The translations under genes and the position numbers were made by a program. A DNA stretch of 64,000 nucleotides. It comes from Takakia lepidozioides. Its lineage: Eukaryota > Plantae > Bryophyta. Positions within the stretch are counted from its first letter, which is position 1, and every line of letters starts with the position of its first letter. Below are positions 59,823 through 64,000 of this stretch, piece by piece. The notes beneath the pieces were generated by a model. The model was not told where the DNA came from, made no database searches, and was given only the letters and a program-made list of their open reading frames with translations. The stretch lies in NCBI GenBank assembly GCA_030704615.1, contig CM060733.1, positions 65,038,001 through 65,102,000 of the forward strand, given 5' to 3'.

Positions 59823-60546
59823 TGTCGCGCACCTCACTTCGGTAAGCTCCCCTTCAAGTCATAGTTACTCGCTTTGATGCGCGCGCCTAACTCCCAAACT
59901 GGCCGCCGGGCCAACTCGGAGCTTCGGCTGCTCACCGGGACATAACGGTCCTCTTTACTTCTCCACGAGACTCTCTCTCAATTTGGGCCAAGTGGAAATT
60001 CCCTTTGGTCGATGGCAGTCCGGAACAGCTCCCTACACCTTGGTCGCTTTCCGGCTCGCACGCTTACTCACTAGTTTTTGGTCACCAACGGGCTTGCACC
60101 GTTCTCGGGGTTACTACTCCCTATATATACTTCTGTGACTCTCCGCGAGGGTTTCACAAACAACCATGCCATTTTATGGCGAACCACCACGAAAACCCTC
60201 GACTCCCGGTGATGAGTCGCAGTGAGTCTTGGCCCACCCACCACGGTCCCATTGGACCATGATGAGTCCCAAGACTCCCCACGACTCCCACCACAAGGTC
60301 TTCGCCCCTATGGTGAGTCCTATGCCACCCCCACTAAGTCCCACTAAGCTACCACCACCCCTCGTGGAACCACCCCCACCGGAACCCGGTGTGCGGGGCT
60401 CCACCTAGTGAGCGCCTCCGCCTCCTTGAGTGCCTTGGGCACTCAAGGGTGCTTCAGCCCCCGCATCTATTGTTGCCACTGCCCCCACCACAGGGGCAGC
60501 CCCTCTCGTGTCCCGACCCCTACCCTCAAGGCAAAGGGCCGCGACA
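59823..60546 (-). repeat. E6 5' LTR (724 bp)
   Basis: TGTCGC...GCGACA; homologous to the E3 LTR. Confidence 0.93.
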
Positions 60547-61652
60547 CGCCAACATTGCTTATGTCGAACCGAATCTGCAAATTAAGCAACAACAGTATAG
60601 TGAAAAGTTGACTCACTCTTGCTCCTATATACATGGGTGTGTTTGCCTCGGCTTCCCTTAGATTTGGATCGGCATCTTCATCCAACGTGGCCGGGCGAGT
60701 GATATCCTCCTCAATTTGTTGTCCCTCCCCCAAGTAGTTCATTAACAAATCCTCCATGGCTCTCACGTCGTCAGTGTCCATATTGTGTTCATTGTCCACC
60801 TTGTCACCGTCTTGGGTAATATGGTCGCATGGGCCATTGTCTCCGCGGCCAATACCATTGTTGACCACCTCGGCCTGCATGCTCCTTGGAGGGTCCATTG
60901 ACCTCATTTGCTCTTATACATGTATCTATAAATACATCCACAATTCATTTAATGTACAATGGTTGGGAATTGCTCTGGCTACATCCAAAAAATGTATGTA
61001 CAGTGGCACACCCTTCTAAATGCCTACCCCTCCACTAGACCAGTGAGTCATTTTTTAACAATATTGACGCAATCTCCGACTATTTTAGTTACACTTGAAA
61101 TATTCGTCACAATGAACGTGTGAATATTTCAGCCTAAACCCTAACCCCTAATCACCAATCCCTACCGGATTCATACAATTAGTTTGTTATTTACCCATAC
61201 ATTTAAGCACAACAACTTCCATTATAGTATCAATTACAAGTCATTTTTAAATAAACGAGTACTTACAACAAACTTACGTCTTTATGTACTAGTACAAATA
61301 ATGTTAAAACAATGGGGTATAAAAGACTCACCCTTGCCGCATCGGCAATCCCATGTGCCTCATAGTGTTGCTCCACAATATGTGCAAGCCGCAATACGGG
61401 TGGAGCTCCAGGCGCCATTCGTGCCCAACACCTTTTGCACCAACACTCCACCCGAGGGGGGTGCGTCCAAATTAGTGGCTCGATCAGGGCCTCGTGGCTC
61501 TGGACTACGAGGCCTAGGACCTCGAGGTGGCAAGCTGGGACGTGGAAGGGAATGCTCTTGGCCTTGTGCATGAATAACGTGAACATCTCTAGGTATGTAC
61601 GCCAACTGCTCATCCCTATGTCGGCGTCTTGAAAGAGGTGGAGGTATGTCAA
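60547..61652 (-). pseudogene. CACTA/En-Spm transposase (TnpD/Tnp2) N-terminal part, interrupted by E6
   Basis: Transposase-associated motif CWCKRC...V..H...HG, then EANTPMYIGARVSQLFTILLLLNLQIRFDISN, typical of the region preceding Transposase_21. GTGAGT donor at ~61331. Confidence 0.7.
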
Positions 61653-63111
61653 CCAATGCGGACATCATTGTTGGATGTGTTCTCGTCGGGTGGAATTACA
61701 TTCCGATAATCATCCTATGTGATCAGCCGAGCCCGTGAGCATACCATCACCTATACAAAGAAAGGGAACTTCACTATTAAAGTTGCACATCCAAATGATC
61801 TATTACAAATACATATAAATTGATGTTTAGGCCAGTTTCACGTACATTTAGGAGAACTACTACATTCTTATAGGGTAAATGTTGAGCCCGTGAGCCCTTC
61901 GTCAGGGGAGATCAATACTAAACAACAACGGGTTCCGAGGGCCCTAAAATTGCACAAGTCCATTGCGGTGACCCCTTGGGGACTTTGAAGTTTTTGAAAG
62001 AGGCCCAACAACCCGTCGCTTTGTAGTAGCGACCACCGGGGGGTCGCTTCATGGGACCGGGGGCTGAATAAGGACAACCAATATTTTCCAAGTCCGAGAC
62101 AGCGACCCTAGGGTTACTGGCGCGCTCTGAAAATACTAGGTCCCCCCTCAGCAACACCCAAGTGGTCGCAACAAAATAGCGACGGGTCGGGGGCCTTTCC
62201 AAAAATTTGAAGTCCCATAAAGCGACCCCTGGGGGTCGCTGTCAAGGAGCGATGGGTTTTGGGCCTTTTAATTCAATTTTTGTGAGGACTTTTATGTATG
62301 ATGGATTAAGGTCGATTTAAAAAAAAATCAAAATTAAACGACTCCTAGCTCACCCTCTCTCTGTCACCCTTGAGCTTCTTGTCCCAGCTCTCCTCTGAAC
62401 TCCAATTTTAGCTTGAATTCAAGAAGAGGGTACGGTGAGGTGGGAGCTTACGTCGCCGCTCAAGGCGAGCTCGCCGGCCGGGGCAGCTCCCCCTTCCCCA
62501 CTCTATCTGTCTGTTCACTCGCCCCTGGCCGCCGTCCTTGCCGTGTATGTGAGCTCTCCGCTAGGTCACGGGAGGTCGATCGGGGCCAGGGTGCTGGGCT
62601 CGCTCGCCCCCAGCTGTCCTTCTCTGGCAAGTAACCCTCCCCTATCCCGCATTTTGCCTAATTCCACCCTCCCTCGTTGTGTTTGTGCATTGTTGACGCG
62701 GGCGGTGGTTGCATTGCTGCAGGTCCCTTGCTCACCCCGGCTCTCCTTTCCCCAGGGGAAGTACCCTCCCCCTCCTAGCTCTGTTTTGTAAGAGGGGTAG
62801 TCTAGTAAGGCTGTTGTAGCCAGCCCGGCCCAATCGGGCATTAAAGAAAATAAAAAATAAAAAATTGTTGATCGCCACCTTGCAACTCTTTCAGCGCTCT
62901 TGCAGCTGATCTCTCGGCGCTCTGGCAGCTCTCTCCGCCACGTCACAGCTCTCCCGACCACCCCTACCCCGCTTTTTGCCTAACTCCATCCTCCCCCGCT
63001 CTAGTGTTTGTGCATTCTGACCCGGCTGGTGGTTGTTGCAAGTCGTGGGCACTCGGCCCGCTCACCTTGGCTCTCCTTTCCCTGGTGTTGTGCGGGTAGT
63101 GCCTTTTTAAG

Positions 63112-63288
63112 GAACCCGCCGGGCCCGGGTTTGGGTTTTCTTTTGGAACCAAGTCCGGGTCCGGATCCGGGTTTTTGAAATTTGGAAAATCCAGGTCTGG
63201 GTTTGGGTCTGGGTTTTTCAACACGGACTCGGGTCCGGGTAGTTGTTGGGAAATATTAGCGGGTTTAGGGGTTCGGATCCGGGTCCTA
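63112..63288. repeat. CCGGGT/ACCCG-rich segment resembling a hAT/MITE subterminal region, ending ...CCGGGTCCTA
   Basis: About 10 copies of (C/T)GGGT(C/T) and a TAGG-type terminus on the minus strand; no partner end identified. Confidence 0.4.
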
Positions 63289-64000
63289 ATTAATTGATTA
63301 AGGGGGTTGGCCTAATTAATAATATATGATGCCTCCTTTGGGAGGCGTAAATTATGGTGTCACTGGACCCGAAGGGCACAACTTTGTGACACCAATCCGT
63401 GGATTGAACCCACAACCACTTTTGAGGTGTTATGTGGCCATTACCACTGGGCCACAACTTGGTGGGGGCTGGTTGCTGGAGCGGCCTATTGCTCGTCCCC
63501 TCCACACACGTTGCAAAGCCTACCACATCTAAGGTGGACCTGGGAAGACAGAATCCTTGGTCGAATTTCCGCATCACCTTGCAACTATACTTAGGTGTAT
63601 TATTGCAAAACTCAGGAACATTAGATGTCTTAAGTAATTACAACCATACTGCGCCGACACAGTACCTCATATAGCCCCTCGTGCACAAATTCAAACTATC
63701 TGTAGTGTCCAAGGCAAGGCTTGAAATGAGAAGTGTATCAAGGTCGGTTGTTTTATTCCAGGACTAAGACTGTCGCCGATCTAGAAACCATGTATAACTA
63801 ATATCCTCGCATCAAGGGCATGATGTTGTCTTGGAAGATGTGAAAAAATTCTTGCATAATAGTGCCTCAAATACACAATCTCTGTGCCCCGCAACCCACA
63901 ATCTCTGTTGCTCTGTTGGTCTCTATTAGTCTGGAAGCCTCACAGTCCACCATTTTAGGATGATTGACTCCTTGTCCCGAGCTTGCATTGCAGCGGCCAT

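Larger units (their letters stand above)
54169..60546 (-). mobile_element. E6: near full-length chromovirus (Galadriel/Tcn1-like) LTR retrotransposon
   Basis: 5' LTR 59823-60546, Met PBS, gag-pol with chromodomain, PPT ~54314-54325 and a deleted 3' LTR at 54169-54313. Confidence 0.94.

Noticed and set aside
61133-61150. Telomere-like CCCTAAA/CCCTAA hexa-heptamers (also ~40283 and ~44755)
   Set aside because: Only 2-3 imperfect units; not an interstitial telomeric array.
63001-63710. CACTA terminus (TAGTG at ~63002, ~63097, ~63704)
   Set aside because: Several candidate 5-mers, none with a matching partner TIR or a 3-bp TSD in the window.

Overview
Gene-free, repeat-dense eukaryotic DNA. It is most likely land-plant heterochromatin; a non-seed plant is my inference from the element types. 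The window is a deep nest of transposons. (i) Six Ty3/Gypsy LTR-retrotransposon copies: E1 (1-2419, +) has an integrase ending in a PHD finger. E2 (2420-14757, -), E4 (25671-36332, +) and E5 (36333-40184, -) are one non-chromovirus family with an Arg-like PBS and a ~1250-aa extra ORF after pol. E3 (14758-19380, -) and E6 (54169-60546, -) are a chromovirus family with a Met PBS. (ii) CACTA-like fragments and a possible hAT end. (iii) The main finding: two diverged copies (A 19381-25669 +, B 40185-44733 -) of an apparent DNA-transposon family ending in GGGGCTGCTATTTCATGAG. Each carries a spliced gene for a prokaryote-type beta-class N4-cytosine/N6-adenine DNA methyltransferase-like protein, with three intron positions shared between copies. 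Both also carry arrays of a 22-bp palindrome (GGAAATGCGGTACCGCATTTCC, 53-bp spacing in A), and B has a head-to-head pair of paralogous unknown ORFs. The ORF track misses the MTase because it is split by introns and single-base indels. Many frameshifts in this window may be assembly errors.
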